Source of the DNA: Paramecium tetraurelia
Lineage: Eukaryota
Length of the DNA stretch: 22,513 bases
Assembly (NCBI GenBank): GCA_000165425.1
Contig: CT868675.1
Location: 310,001-332,513 of the forward strand
Reading direction: 5' to 3'
Position numbers and translations under genes: made by a program
Shown here: positions 1-13,554 of the stretch, in pieces
Numbering within the stretch: position 1 is the first letter of the stretch
How the letters are laid out: every line of letters begins with the position of its first letter
Notes under the pieces: generated by a model
Seen by the model: the letters and a program-made list of their open reading frames with translations, nothing else
What the model was told of the DNA's origin: nothing
Database searches by the model: none

Positions 1-377
1 TTTTTGTAACAATACCCAATTTGTTTGAATTTCTGGTAAAACTATCCGATTTTTTTCAGCTGCTTATTTAAAGTAACCAAAAGCTTTAATAAATTAATTT
101 CTTTGACATTCAAAAAAACATTTAATCTATTAGAGATAAATTTTGTTCTCAAACAAATGCATGAAATATGGGTATTGTAAAAAAAAATATCAAATGGAAT
201 GCTATTTATATAGAATTTAGAATGTGCATAATACTTTGGAATTATTAGAATAAACTTTGCAATATATATAAATCTAAGGTTTTAGCTCAATGTGGAGTTT
301 GGATTAGTGAAGTAAATTAAAAAGAAGGAATTTAAAACTATATTTGAGATTGATTAGTTTAGGTAACAGTTTTAATT

Positions 378-399
378 GTAAGTAAAATTCATTTTTTAG
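378..399 (+). other. Possible tiny spliceosomal intron (22 nt)
   Basis: gtaagtaaaattcattttttag fits the Paramecium GTA..TAG pattern, but the flanking frame is too degraded to confirm. Confidence 0.4.
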
Positions 400-2431
400 A
401 GTTAAAATTTTTTATTGAACGCTTGCCATTTGGGCCTCCATAAATAAACTATTAGAAGAATATTTCTTATCATTCTCTAATTACAAAAACTATTAAAAAT
501 TGTTTTTTATTGTCTGTTTTAATTTAATTAAGTGAATTACATTTTAAAAAGAATTTTATTTTTCTGAGCTTTTAGTTATTGATATTATTTCCAATCTATA
601 CAATTTAAAAGTGTTTTTTCTTGTATTATTAGATTAAAATTCAAATATATTTTAATGACCTGGCAAACGATTATCTAATGTTTAATGTAATTTTATTTTT
701 AGGAAGACTCAGTTATATCTTGCTAATATCAGCTAAATACCTTCATTAAAAAAGGATAATGACATCAAATTTATGTGAAGAAAGTTGATGAATCATAGTT
801 TGATCAATTTTTGTTTAAAAGGGATATTTTAATTCGAAAATCTTTGATTTTACTTATTTAAGCATTTTAAGATGCTAAAGAAATTTTAGAACAATACAAA
901 TATATTATCGAGTACATAAGGAATAAATTTATTTATTATTTATTCTAGTCTTAATCATAAAAATAGGTAATAAATTTACAACCACTTAAATGAATCCTAA
1001 TAATCAATTCGAAAGAAAAATTCTATAATTACAAGATGATAATTATTAGACTTAGAGTTGCTTGAGTTATGGAGTCTGGTCAAAATTTAATCAGCTTAGC
1101 GCAATATCTTAAGTGGGATTATTAGGAATTTTTGATAGTCATTGCTTTCATTTACATTATGCCATAAATTTTTAATCAAAGAATCTAAATATAGTATATT
1201 GTGATTGTCTTAACTATGAGTCAAAAAAGATAATAAAAACAATTTAATTTATCAAATATTAGAACTAATATACTAGGTATGATTTGGCCAGAAATTCATT
1301 TGAATATGAAAATACGTGGTATTTCTTTCAAGTTTCCAATGGCCAAAATTGGATAAGCTTTAGTTGATGGTGACAAAGAAATAGGAATTATTATTATAAA
1401 CCACATAAAAAATTAAAAAATTATTTAAAGGTGTTAATTTAATTTTAACATTTGGAGGTAATTTATATGTAGAATAAAATGAAAATAATAGTTATACGCG
1501 ATTCTAAAATAAATGAATTAGGAGTTTTCATATTTTCCAGACCCAATATGGTTATAAAAAGTTTCAATTTAAAGCATAAATTTGTATTTTAATTTTATTG
1601 ATGTAGTGAGAGAAACATACGAGTCAATTTTAGAAATTGTGTGTGTAATCCGAATGAAATATATTCAATTAAAGATTAGGATTTTGTAAATTAATAATAA
1701 TAGGAATTTATATCAGAAAACTCTAATTGTGATTCCTTTATTTTAAGAGGATCGATTAGAATAAAAGAAAATAAGAACCTATTTGAAAAATTTAGCTATT
1801 AATTAATAAAGGTTTCCTTACTTTAAAAAAATCCTAAGTTATAGAATTAAAACTTATATCCTTTTTAGTTATTTTATCATTTCCTTTCGCAATACAATGA
1901 GTTGGAAATAAAAACATATAATTATACTTTTCCTGATGTTTCAATTGATTTTCAGATGATCCGTATTTATTGAATAAACAATGGCTAATCTTAGATTAAG
2001 TAACACTTTGGCATTTTATAAAAGTAGAGTTATTATAATCAAAATTAATAGTTAAAATAACATTCTATGCAGAAGAGGGAATCAATGATTATAATCTTGA
2101 ATATGAAGTTAATTAATTTCATAATCGTCAGTTTTAAGCATAATATGGAGATAGCCAAATTGTATCCTCTAATGGTTTCATTTTTTAAGTTAGAAATTTC
2201 GAGTTTTTTAATTGCTATTAGGAACTAGCATAGTTAAGTTGTCATTTTAGCTGCTAAGATTGTAATACCAGAATATAAGGTTTGTATATCTCCATATTTT
2301 ACAAATGATAATGAAAATTAATGTCAAAACTATAAGGACTTTAATCTCAAATTGACAAAGGATGATACTATATATATAAGTAAAAATTGTGAATATGGTT
2401 ATTTTGAGTTTGATGGAGTTTGCTTATAATG

Positions 2432-2454
2432 GTAAGTTATTTTTAAATATTTAG
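2432..2454 (+). other. Tiny intron (23 nt)
   Basis: gtaagttatttttaaatatttag; removal joins tg|t and restores CLQC-PSIIKEGVITCYEC. Confidence 0.85.
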
Positions 2455-3760
2455 TCCTTCAATAATAAAGGAAGGCGTGATTACTTGTTATGAATGTTAA
2501 ATTAATCCAAAGAACTGGTATCAGAATCCTACTGTTATTCATCACTAGTTTTATAGATGAATACCAGTTTTATGGAAGCTTTGAAACTTACAGGAAATTT
2601 CAGTTTTATTTTGATGGCATCTAACTAAATGTTATTCATTAAACTCAGTTTTAATGGTTTCTTCTAGAGCTTAATCTATCTGATCCAGAAGGTATCTTTA
2701 AGGAATTTTAATTAGCATAAATGTATTTTAATAATTTGTGTTAGAAAAGTACTATTTATCGAACTGATGAATTAATTTGTTACTAATGCCTTAGCTAATA
2801 CTGTTTAATTTGTTAAATCAATTTTGACTCCATTAAATGTAAAGTGTGATGAAGCATCTAAATTAATAGATGGTAATTGTATATTTTATATACTGATATT
2901 CTCGTTAATTTCATTATATATGGGAAGATAAAGAAGTATTTTAAAAAAATGAACTAATCTGTTTATAGTTTATTTTACATAGGTTATACTTTTTATCATA
3001 ACTATTACCACCATTTTATGCTTCATTCGAGAAAAAAGGCAAATTATGTGAAATAAAAATTTGCATCTAATGTTTTGAGTACTCTACTTTGGATTAGAAT
3101 TTTTGTTCCTTATTGAACTATTCTCAAAATCAATTATTCTTAATATAGGATGTCAAAATACGATGCGCTCTTTGCAAAAAAGATTATATATTTGACTTTT
3201 CCTTAGGGTTTTGTTTTCTCTAAAAACCTTAAATAGAAATTTGTTTAAGTTCTTTTATTAATATACGTAGTAAGGAACTGTGTATTCTATCAAAAAATGA
3301 TGACTTTTCAGTAGCACTTCAAATTTCCAATTTTGAGAACTTAATTACTAATTGTTAATAATGTACGATTATGATTAAAAGAGAGATAGAAATTAGATGT
3401 GTTAGTTGTTCAAGCAATTACATTATAGAAAATAATAATTGCTATTAAAATGATGAATTTGATATTAACACCTAGTTTATTGAAAATTAGGTAAACTAAA
3501 TTTAAAGTTTTTTTTTTACTTTAATTTGTACCCTAACTTTAATCAAGCATGTATAATTAATTTTTGGATCCATAACCAATTTTGTATGATCCATGTAATC
3601 CTCAATGCGGATAGTGTATTACTCAAGACTACTTTTCAAATTGCTTTGAATGTCCTTTAAACTATTTTAAAAACCAATTGTCAGAGAATTAAGTGCAAAG
3701 TGTTCATTCTGTCCTCCATTATGTTAAGCATGTATTGATCGTACAGATTTGGAAATACAA

Positions 3761-3785
3761 GTCTGAAAATAAAAATTTTAAATAG
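3761..3785 (+). other. Tiny intron (25 nt, GTC donor)
   Basis: gtctgaaaataaaaattttaaatag; removal restores DLEIQ|NISPNFQVNNYNQIYCKKC and removes a TGA. Confidence 0.7.
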
Positions 3786-6555
3786 AATATATCTCCAAAT
3801 TTCCAAGTCAATAATTATAACTAAATCTATTGTAAAAAATGTAACTATCCTCATAAGGACTCTGTTATTATGTATAATCCTTATTCACATTTAATTAAGT
3901 ACTGTCTTAATAGTGGTTGACAAAATAAATTTGTGTTTGAAATTCATTATTACTCTTGCGATTATTCAAGATTTAATCGAAATTATGAGTAGATAATTAA
4001 TACTTAATATTTTAACCAAATTGGAATTGTAGAATTAACTTTTGAATTTCCCCTTGACGTTTCTGGATAGTTTGTTAATTAATTTTTCCATTTATTTTTA
4101 TGACTGAATTAAAACTAAAATTATTTACATTGCAAAAGGTGAATTTTACACTATAATCTATACAATATTTAGAAATAATAAATAATTTATCGTCAAATTT
4201 TATGATTTGATATTATTGAGATGATTGTTATTTTCTTCTTAATAATAGTAAGAATAAAATTCATCTAGAGCTTATCAATTTTACAATTCTAAATAGTACA
4301 ATAAACAATATTCATTCATCATTTGCAACCGAACATTTTGGTAGTATAACTTTAACAAATTTTACTATTTAAAACACAATTTTCTGAATTCATCAATTCT
4401 TAATTTTCAATAATAAATGCTACTGGACTGGGATCAATTAAAGTTGTATGATTATCAATTAAAAATTGCACTCTTATATAATCTGCATTATTTAATTTCT
4501 CCTAAATACATTACTTTCTATCAATTCAACAATTAATGATCTTTGAATCCTATTTAAATAATTCATCCATGATTAGTATCTTAAACAATTAACCTTAAGA
4601 AGGTATCTTAATTGGAGATGATTTTACAATGAGAAACACCAGTTGGGTTAACTCCAATCTTATAAACCGCACTGTTTAGATAAGAACAAGTCTTAATAAT
4701 GGTCACATATACTCTAATCTCTTAGAAAACTCAAGTATTATCTCGATTAGTTCTAAAATCTCACTTAGCTAAATAACAATATCAGAAACTTCACCTTTAT
4801 TTTCTCAATTCTTATCCATAAAATAAATCACTCAATCTAGCAAATTTAGATGCAACATAACAAATTTGGATGCCATAAATAATGACCTTTCCAGCTCGAA
4901 TATCATTCTCATATTTTCGTCGCTTTAAACAAATTCCATATAAATTTATTTAATAAATTTCAGCATCAAACATAATAATTCAAATGTTCTAGTATAAATA
5001 GTTTTGATAATAGTGTTAGAAAAATTTTAGTATATTTTAAATAATGTAACAATCTCAAGAATTCTCAATGTTGATGAATCAATTGTATAGATTAGCCCAA
5101 GTTAGCAAAGTTTTTCATTTTTATATTCAATTATTGATATTACTAATCTGTAATTTATAGAAAATACCCTCATTCAATCAACATTGTTTGACCTATATCA
5201 TGCTTAATTATAGAATCTGATAACAAGGTTAACATAAATCTGTATAATATTTCATATGTTGAAAACTTTCTCCACTCTTATTCAAGTGGTGCAGTAAGCA
5301 CCATAGTGTGTTTTATATCCATATTGTCATCATCAGGTAGATTAGATATAAAAAACTTACTTTATGAAAATAACGCCTTGACTAATACCTCTAATTCATT
5401 GATGATTATAAGATCGGATACTTTAATGATGAATAACTTTACATTAAATAACCTCAATTTTTAAGAATTATGGATAAATCATTATGACATTCAATTTAAT
5501 GGAGAATTAAATTAAGATAGTTTAAATGACTTTGTTTTTGAAGCATTACAAGTAAAAAATAATGGAGGAGGTGCTGGCCAATTCTTAGTTTCTAATATAA
5601 CTTGTATAAATTGCTCATTTTCAAATATCTTGGTGATCGACTGTTTTATACTAGACATAATAACAAAATCAGATGGCAACATAAATTTTATGAATATAAA
5701 AGTAAATTGAGTAAGTAACAACGTAAAATAAATTGAAAAAAGTATCGGATGCTTTCATATATAATCTTAGAATAGTAAACTTCACCTCAGGATGATAAAT
5801 GTCTCATTTACAAATATATTTAATAGAATGGGACCTGCAAATTTTACAATTTACTAAATCTTCGAACTCCATTTTTTGGATGGATGTCAGTTTACCTTTC
5901 ATTATTAGATTAGATATTCAATCTAAAATTTTCTTCTTCAATTGCTATTAAAAATATAATTTCAATGAAAAACTTGAGAATCATTCAAAATTATGATGCA
6001 TGGATACTATCTTTCTCAAGGATTGGAAATCTAACCATCGAAGATGTGACAGATATTAGTAATATACTCCTAAATTATACTTAAATAATATGAAGATAGA
6101 AAATGTTTAATTAATTTACTACCTTAATTTAATTTAATTCACATAATAATTATAAATTTAATCGATAATAAAAATAGAAAAACTCAGCATCACAAGTATT
6201 TCTATCTACAATCTACAATAACCAAATAAATTATTAACAAACATAATTCTCGAGTAGTTATTCTATTCGAGGATGGATAGTCATTGACCTTAACTATTTC
6301 TAAGACACAATATTAAGATTTTAATTCAATTTAAATTTTGTAAATTTAATAAAATTGAGTAAGTAGTTTGATGATTGCTTGATTATTTAAAGAAATTATG
6401 AAAAAAATATACTACACAACTTATTGCGAAGCTTTTGAACTCTTTCAATACGATTATTTATTATTAGGTATTACTTCTCTCTAATAAATAAATAATAAAG
6501 AAAATTCGCAGATCCCTTAAGTGTTAATTCCCGCAGGATAACGCCGATAACGTCT

Positions 6556-6983
6556 NNNNNNNNNNNNNNNNNNNNNNNNNNNNNNNNNNNNNNNNNNNNN
6601 NNNNNNNNNNNNNNNNNNNNNNNNNNNNNNNNNNNNNNNNNNNNNNNNNNNNNNNNNNNNNNNNNNNNNNNNNNNNNNNNNNNNNNNNNNNNNNNNNNNN
6701 NNNNNNNNNNNNNNNNNNNNNNNNNNNNNNNNNNNNNNNNNNNNNNNNNNNNNNNNNNNNNNNNNNNNNNNNNNNNNNNNNNNNNNNNNNNNNNNNNNNN
6801 NNNNNNNNNNNNNNNNNNNNNNNNNNNNNNNNNNNNNNNNNNNNNNNNNNNNNNNNNNNNNNNNNNNNNNNNNNNNNNNNNNNNNNNNNNNNNNNNNNNN
6901 NNNNNNNNNNNNNNNNNNNNNNNNNNNNNNNNNNNNNNNNNNNNNNNNNNNNNNNNNNNNNNNNNNNNNNNNNNNNNNNNNNN
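6556..6983. other. Assembly gap (428 N)
   Basis: N run inside the pseudogene. Confidence 0.99.
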
Positions 6984-7823
6984 GCAAATATATTGACACT
7001 TAGGAAAGTATAGAATGATTGAATAAGGTAAAGCCATCTATACAAAAGATTTAATAATACCAAGTAATTAGGTGATTAAATCTTTATAAATTTTTGATTT
7101 TCACAACTTAAATTATCAAACCTTTTTTTAAGATTTAGATTGTTCTACAAAAATAGTAGAAATGAGATACTATTTGATTAATTGAATTCTACTGTAAGAT
7201 TACAAATAAAATTATCACAAAATCTTTTACAGAATTATAAAGAGTGGGAGATGTTTAGACACTATTTTATGAAAAGGAATAGAATTCTTTTGATTTTGGA
7301 TCGTTATCCTTGAGTCTAGATCCTAATGAGTAAACGTATGACCATTTACAAATTGAAATTAACTGTTAAGTAATTGAATCGAGAACTGAATTACTATATA
7401 TAATAAAAGCAAAAAGCCTTAAATGCTAAATAGGCGAATATTATGTAAATGGTAGATGTTAGACTTGTGAGTCAAAATTCGGATATTATTCAGTGAAATA
7501 CAATGCTACAAAATGCGTGATTTTTGATAAAGAAAAATATTCTGATATCACCTCGAACATGATAAAAATGCACCAGGATTTTGGAGACCAAATAATTTAT
7601 CAGATTATGTTGAGCCTTGTTTTAAGAATCATTAATTTTGCAATTGAGGTTGGAAGGTGGGTGATTATACATGTAAAGAAGTTCATATTGGTGCTTTGTG
7701 TGAAGAATGTGATATTTATAATATTAGGGGATTTGGTAAGTATGTTAAAAATTAATGGAATTTATAATGTCTATAATGTTAATTTGAAATTAGCTAGATA
7801 ATCTCATTTATTATTGCCATTTG

Positions 7824-7846
7824 GTATTGAATTTTTTTTATGTTAG
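7824..7846 (+). other. Tiny intron (23 nt)
   Basis: gtattgaattttttttatgttag; removal joins tg|g to give FIIAIW-AFASIFLSLKSI (TM helix). Confidence 0.85.
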
Positions 7847-7959
7847 GGCTTTTGCATCTATATTTTTGTCTTTAAAAAGTATACATTCCTTTAACTTATT
7901 ATATGTATAATTAATGATAGGTCAAAGATATAAAAAGTTATTGTTTAAATTAAACTAAA

Positions 7960-7985
7960 GTAAAAATTTGGTTATTCACTATTAG
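7960..7985 (+). other. Tiny intron (26 nt)
   Basis: gtaaaaatttggttattcactattag; removal gives FKLNQN-HESILIKMLLNYLWIF. Confidence 0.85.
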
Positions 7986-8335
7986 ATCATGAAAGTATTT
8001 TGATAAAAATGCTATTAAATTACTTATGGATATTTTCTGTGATATTTACATTTAACTTAGACTTTTCTTTCTCTTTTCTCTTTATTGAACAAACCAGTGA
8101 TAGTTCTTATTTTATGTCTTAGGATTTGGATTTGCTTTGTATCCTCTATTTAATCGATACCAAATGTATATCTGAAAATATTGACAATGATAATTTTGAT
8201 TGTGATGTAATTTAATATGACAATTATTCGATCGTATTTGTATTTACTATATCTTAAACAAAAATATGATCTAAGCATTTTATCAAACAAAGCTTTATAT
8301 TAGTATGTTTTCAATTTTGCAGGATTATTTAAAAT

Positions 8336-8357
8336 GTATGATGATCAAAGTAGTTAG
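8336..8357 (+). other. Tiny intron (22 nt)
   Basis: gtatgatgatcaaagtagttag; removal gives NFAGLFKM-FSTVVSKREVSNIYYIHGEVS. Confidence 0.8.
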
Positions 8358-10502
8358 GTTTTCAACAGTTGTTTCTAAAAGAGAAGTATCGAATATTTAT
8401 TATATTCATGGTGAGGTTTCCAGGATAATATGGCACTCAAGATCATTAATTATGGATGATTTATTTCATAATTCCTGGGTTGATTATTATTAATTTCATA
8501 ATCCCATTACTGATATTACTACTATTGATGATAAATAAAAATAGATTAGATAAAATTAAAATTAGAAGACATATATCATATTTGTTGAATGAATACAGGA
8601 TAGAGAAATTTTATTGGGAATAAATTAAATTACTTAAGAAAGCAATCTTTATATTTATTCTGACCAATTTTGAAACTGAAGTAGTTTTAAACGCATCCCT
8701 CTTAGGATTAAGCTTATTGATCTATTAAAAATTAGCAACTTTTCATCAGCCATTTATTAATCAAAAATTAAATAATTTAGTCCTATAAAGTAGTCAAATT
8801 TGTTCAATTTCAATATTATTAGCATTGATTAAATAAATTTGCGAATAAAACGATTATTTTGGTTCTTCTATTATGATATAATTTTTTATAATTGCATGTT
8901 TCATAAAAATGTGTTGCCCTTTTATTTTTGATTTTGCAAGAAATTACAAGAAGTTTTATAAATATCTTTTTATATAAATTAACTTCTGTATTCGAAAGTA
9001 CCAAATTTCATTTTTACAATTCTGTTAAAAAATATTTTGGATCAAGAAAAATAGAGAAATAGAATCAATTATTTATTTATGAAATTGAACGATCATCTGA
9101 TTTCATTTTCAAGATTATAAATGAAAAATACAAAGCGATTTAGATAATTTATATCTTTCTAAAGTTCAAGAATTCATAGTGCAAAATCAAGCACTTCAAG
9201 AGATGAGTTATTATTTTTTCAGAATATGGCCCAAGAGGACTCCAATGACAGGCAAATTATGAGATTTGAGAGAAGTGATTATGATGATTGAGAGGAGATA
9301 ATAAGATAGGATTATTAAGAATTTATCAAAATCAATATATTTGGATTTTGTTTTCTACTTTTATTTAAAGACGAAATGATATATTCTTTCTTTGAGATCT
9401 TACAAGCTAAGATTTTAGTTGATAATGATTTGGTTTTGGATCTTCCTTAATCATTATTAAATAAATGATTAAGAGGAGAGATTCCTTTTAAATTAATAAC
9501 TAACTCACTTTATAATTATTTAATTATGTAGGAATGGAGTTAAATCTTTAAGTTGAATGAAATTAGTTATGCTGATCATATGAAAGCACATACAAAAAAT
9601 GCAAACATATATTTTCCTCTCATTTGATGAATTTCCTTTAGTAATGTAAATCAACACTCAGAAAAATGCCAGAATCTCTTTTTTATTTCATCAGTAAAAA
9701 TATAAATTCGAAATTAACTATTTAAGAATAAATTAGGAAAAGTCTTTGTTATTTCCAAATCAACTGCTAATTTAATTGGTTTTTATATATCTTTTAACCC
9801 TTTTTTGGCTTTTGTCAAATATGAACTATTGAATAAAGTTATTTTTAAAACAGACGATTATTTTGTTTATCATAACTTCTTTAAGATACCCTTAAATCTT
9901 CTTAGTTTTAGGAGGGGATAAATAAAATCTTTGAATTTCATTGTCATGTAATTTAATATTTTTGTTTCTCTAACCAACTTAAAAAAAACAATCTCCTGAC
10001 TAAGTTTTTGATGTTTACCATTGTTTGATGACAACTTAGTAATCAATTATCAAAATATTTTGTTTTATATCAAAATCTTGTTGGTTTAAAATCAAGAGTA
10101 AATCTTTTTTTTTCAGCATTAAATTCCTAACTCAACATATTTGTTGCAACACATTCCAATTCTTTAGATCACGAACTTAGTCATACTAACTTTTACACCC
10201 ATTAATTGATTATCTATATTTTATACTTCTTGTATATTGGCCTCGCTAGCATTACCATTGTATTTAATAATGAGTTACTCCTTCAAGAACGAGCCATGCG
10301 ATCCGTTCTTCATATTAAGGTTTTGGAGAATTTAAATACACGCTGTGCACAAATAGAATGCTGTTCATAGAATATGTGATGTCCTTCTCCTAGGAAATGA
10401 AAACTCTATGGTTAATCATTTAATATAGTCTGCTAAAGATGACGCGCAGAATGCTTCTGTCAGTAATTAACCTCTAATTTAGAGTTCATCACTCAGTCCA
10501 AG

Positions 10503-11343
10503 TATTTAATATAACCATCTTACACATTTCCAGATTCTGTTCGTAGCTACTGTTCAGCATTTTTTAAGATTAAATCCTATTAGTAAACTCATTCATTTAT
10601 TCCATTGTTTAAAATAATTGAAAGACCGCTTGGCTTTTTTCAAATACAAGGAATTTATTAAAAAGAAATTATTATTATATAATTTGGTTTACCAAAATTT
10701 TTCTAAATTTATCCCCAATTTTTAAGAACCTGTACCCTTTCCATTTATCCTTTCGTTGAAGAACCAAAATTTGTCCAAATTAACACCCAAAATAAAACAA
10801 AATTTTATTGTTTTCTGTTTCTTTTACAAATTTCTTTGGGTTNNNNNNNNNNNNNNNNNNNNNNNNNNNNNNNNNNNNNNNNNNNNNNNNNNNNNNNNNN
10901 NNNNNNNNNNNNNNNNNNNNNNNNNNNNNNNNNNNNNNNNNNNNNNNNNNNNNNNNNNNNNNNNNNNNNNNNNNNNNNNNNNNNNNNNNNNNTTCACAGC
11001 ATATCTGGGATATTTAATATAACCATCTTAAACATTTCCAGATTCTGTTCGTAGCTACTGTTCAGCATTTTTAAGATTAAATCTTATTAGTAAACTCAAT
11101 CCATTTATTCCATTGTTTCAAATAGTTGAAAGACAGCTGTGCTTTTTCAAATACAAGGAAATTTATAAAAAAGAGATTATATTTAATTAAATTTGTATAA
11201 CAAAGATTTTCCTAAAATTTATCCAAGATTATAAAGAACTGTTAGCTATCAATAATCGTTAAGTGTAAGAACAAAATTGCACAAAATAACACCAAAGAAA
11301 ACAGAAAATATTGTTTTCTGATCTATCAAAATTCTATTGTGTT
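10503..11343 (+). repeat. Direct duplication of ~335-340 bp (10503-10842 vs 11011-~11343) flanking a 150-N gap; probably overlapping contig ends
   Basis: Both copies start tatttaatataaccatctta(c/a)acatttccagattctgttcgtagctactgttcagcattttt. Identity falls progressively in copy 1 as it approaches the gap. Confidence 0.85.
10843..10992. other. Assembly gap (150 N)
   Basis: N run. Confidence 0.99.
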
Positions 11344-13554
11344 TCTGCTAGTTCTAATTTTACATAAGATTTGGTAGCATAATAAATCTCATGATAGAAT
11401 AGTAATAATTACTCAATATTATCATCAGAAAAAGTTATCAAAATATCTCAATAAATATGGTTATTGATATAATATGACCATTGTGATTTGATATTGAACA
11501 TTTAATAAATTGTTTCGATTCATAAACCTTGGAAGGATAATACTAAATTCATAAAATTATCCTTCTAAATAGGAGGATACCAATGCAGTTATCCATAATT
11601 TTTAAACTAAATTTATAATTATTTAAACAAATTTTTATGCATGAAGCATAATTTATTAAAAATTAAAAGCAAAATGTAGAAAAGAAATCCGAGGAGGACT
11701 GCTTATCGACGTACTGGCTAAATCTATGCTATAATCAAAAGTGCCCCAATTTCTAATTAACTTTTGTAATTAGAATTACATTTAATTATTTTATTGATCT
11801 GTAAAATGTTGGCTAATCATGAAAAGCATGATTTTAGTTAAACTTCCAACTTAAATTCAAGAGTCTAATTTTACTAATTAAAATTCCTATTATCTGAACA
11901 TACTTAGTTCTATTTATAGTTTTTTTGAAATCGATTAAGAATATAATAGGCTGTAAGGATTTAAAGTTATTGAATAAATAATCAATTATAACTAATGGGA
12001 TATTTGTCTTTCCATTATAAAATAAATATTTATTTTGATCCTTTTATCCTTCAATATAATTTCCATCCAGTTTCTTACGAAGAATTAGACTTCAATAAAA
12101 TTGATCACTTCAAAATATATAAATATCTTAAATATAGTAAAATTTTGTATATTTGATCTAAGTATATGCATTAACCTTTAAGTTACTTAAGAATAGGTAT
12201 TATATATTTAATATCATTAAATACCTTTTTCTTATAAGATTCTAAGTAAACCTTATTGAGACGGTTTAAGGTTAATCTCTCCTATTACGTTTTTCTAAAT
12301 TTATAATGAATATTTAAATGTATACGAAAATAACAAAAATTTTCTGATTTTTTTTTTATAAAATTAGTTAATAAAATAATACTAGTAGACAAAATTCTTA
12401 GAAAATAGAGTACCTTAGACATCATTATTATCATTTTAGAAATTTGTTATAAAAATATATTTATATAGTTATTTATTAAGTAAAGAGTTCATCTTTTTTT
12501 GCACTTATTTTTTCCAAATGTTGTTTTCTTGATGATACAAAATAAGATAATAATATATCAATTTTATATTTCATATAGCACTTTTTACTTAAATCTACCT
12601 CCAATTTATGGTTCATTTCACCCCTATCAGTCAAATAATTACAATCATCACTTATTTACCCAAATACATCTTTATTACTAAAATAAATATATACTCAAGT
12701 TTAAATTCATTATTTTCTACCTTTCTAAATAAATTTACATTAATTACGATGCTTACTAATTAGTCATTAATGTAATTTAAAATGTTATTACTATAGGAAT
12801 AATGCATGATTATCATCCTTCTAATTTATAGGGATATGTTAAGTTGAAGTGAACTATTATTTTTAAACTACTTTTTAATAGGCATACATCAAAATTCCTA
12901 AATAAGGTCGAAATGTGAAAAGGTTTTCATTGATAAAACTTGATTGCAATTTCGAAATGTCAACGTGAATACTTATATTATCATTAATAATTAAGAATGA
13001 TTTAAAATCAATGCAAATCTTAGCTAACTAATTAAATGTTGTGTTATAAAACAATTATTTTAAGTAAGACTTCTTAGTGAGAATCTAGAATGTTTGAAGG
13101 CAGCTGAAAACATAATTTTTGCAAATTTCCAAAGTTAGACCTTATTTAGCTAACGTTATCCTACCTAATCCTCACTAAAGCATAACTATTCTATTATAGA
13201 TAACCAATTGGTTTCCTATCAAAATGTTAAAGCAAGGTAAACTATTAACTATTCAGTGTGCAAAAATACCACAATCTCCCATAGAAATTAAAGTTTTAGA
13301 GTTAAATTCAAGATGATTTTAGGTTGCGCTTGAATTTTATAATTATTTTAATAAGATCATGTTACCTTTAAAATTTTCTCTTATGTTTATTCAGGAGCAT
13401 AGGGAAATTGAACTCCTTATCCACCTTTTTATATATGAATCTTATTGTTCTTAAAAATTATCAATTTAAATTTTTGCTTTATACATCAATAAGATAAACA
13501 TTATCTGAAATTATATTATTACTTAAATCTACTATGTTATTATATATTTATAAA

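Larger units (their letters stand above)
1..9262 (+). pseudogene. Decayed gene (5'-partial) for a very large ciliate surface/membrane protein: Cys-rich CxxC (growth-factor-receptor/furin-like) repeats, a long Asn/Ile-rich beta-helix-like middle and a C-terminal multi-pass TM domain
   Basis: Table 6 translation gives CLQCPSIIKEGVITCYECQINPKNW (~2421-2520), CNPQCGQCITQDYFSNCFECP..KCSFCPPLCQACIDR (~3595-3745), GFWRPNNLSDYVEPCFKN..HIGALCEECDIYNIRG (~7576-7732) and TM segments SILIKMLLNYLWIFSVIFTFN and LWMIYFIIPGLIIINFIIPLLILLLLM..YLLNEY..FYWEQIKL. Disablements: in-frame TGA at 3918-3920, 5708-5710 and 7645-7647; frameshifts near 2845, 3670, 7573, 8130, 8430 and 9010. The end is taken as the TGA at 9260-9262 (approximate). 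Spans the gap at 6556-6983. The family call comes from motif recognition, not a search. Confidence 0.8.

Noticed and set aside
6505..6555. GC-richer stretch before the first gap as a regulatory or foreign element
   Set aside because: It lies at a contig end and is most likely low-quality read sequence; I do not recognise a vector or motif.
6471..7063. Long ORFs spanning 6.5-7.0 kb (also 10756-11054 and 18893-19576)
   Set aside because: Made almost entirely of N; artefacts of the gaps.
3918..7647. TGA readthrough or recoding (Sec/Trp/Cys) in the large gene
   Set aside because: The TGAs sit where different residues are expected (Cys, Gly) and co-occur with many frameshifts, and TGA terminates the intact WD40 gene. 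Decay is the simpler explanation.
1..9262. Retained IESs as the cause of the frame breaks
   Set aside because: The breaks I inspected are 1-2 nt indels or substitutions. I saw no convincing TA-bounded TAYAG-type insert, though I did not scan exhaustively.
9215..9300. EY/NMAQE resembling the kinase 'YMAPE' motif
   Set aside because: No other kinase motifs (HRD, DFG) nearby and the frame is broken.
11735..12090. About 110-codon minus-strand open frame under table 6
   Set aside because: With only one stop codon, such lengths arise by chance; no motif or clear start.
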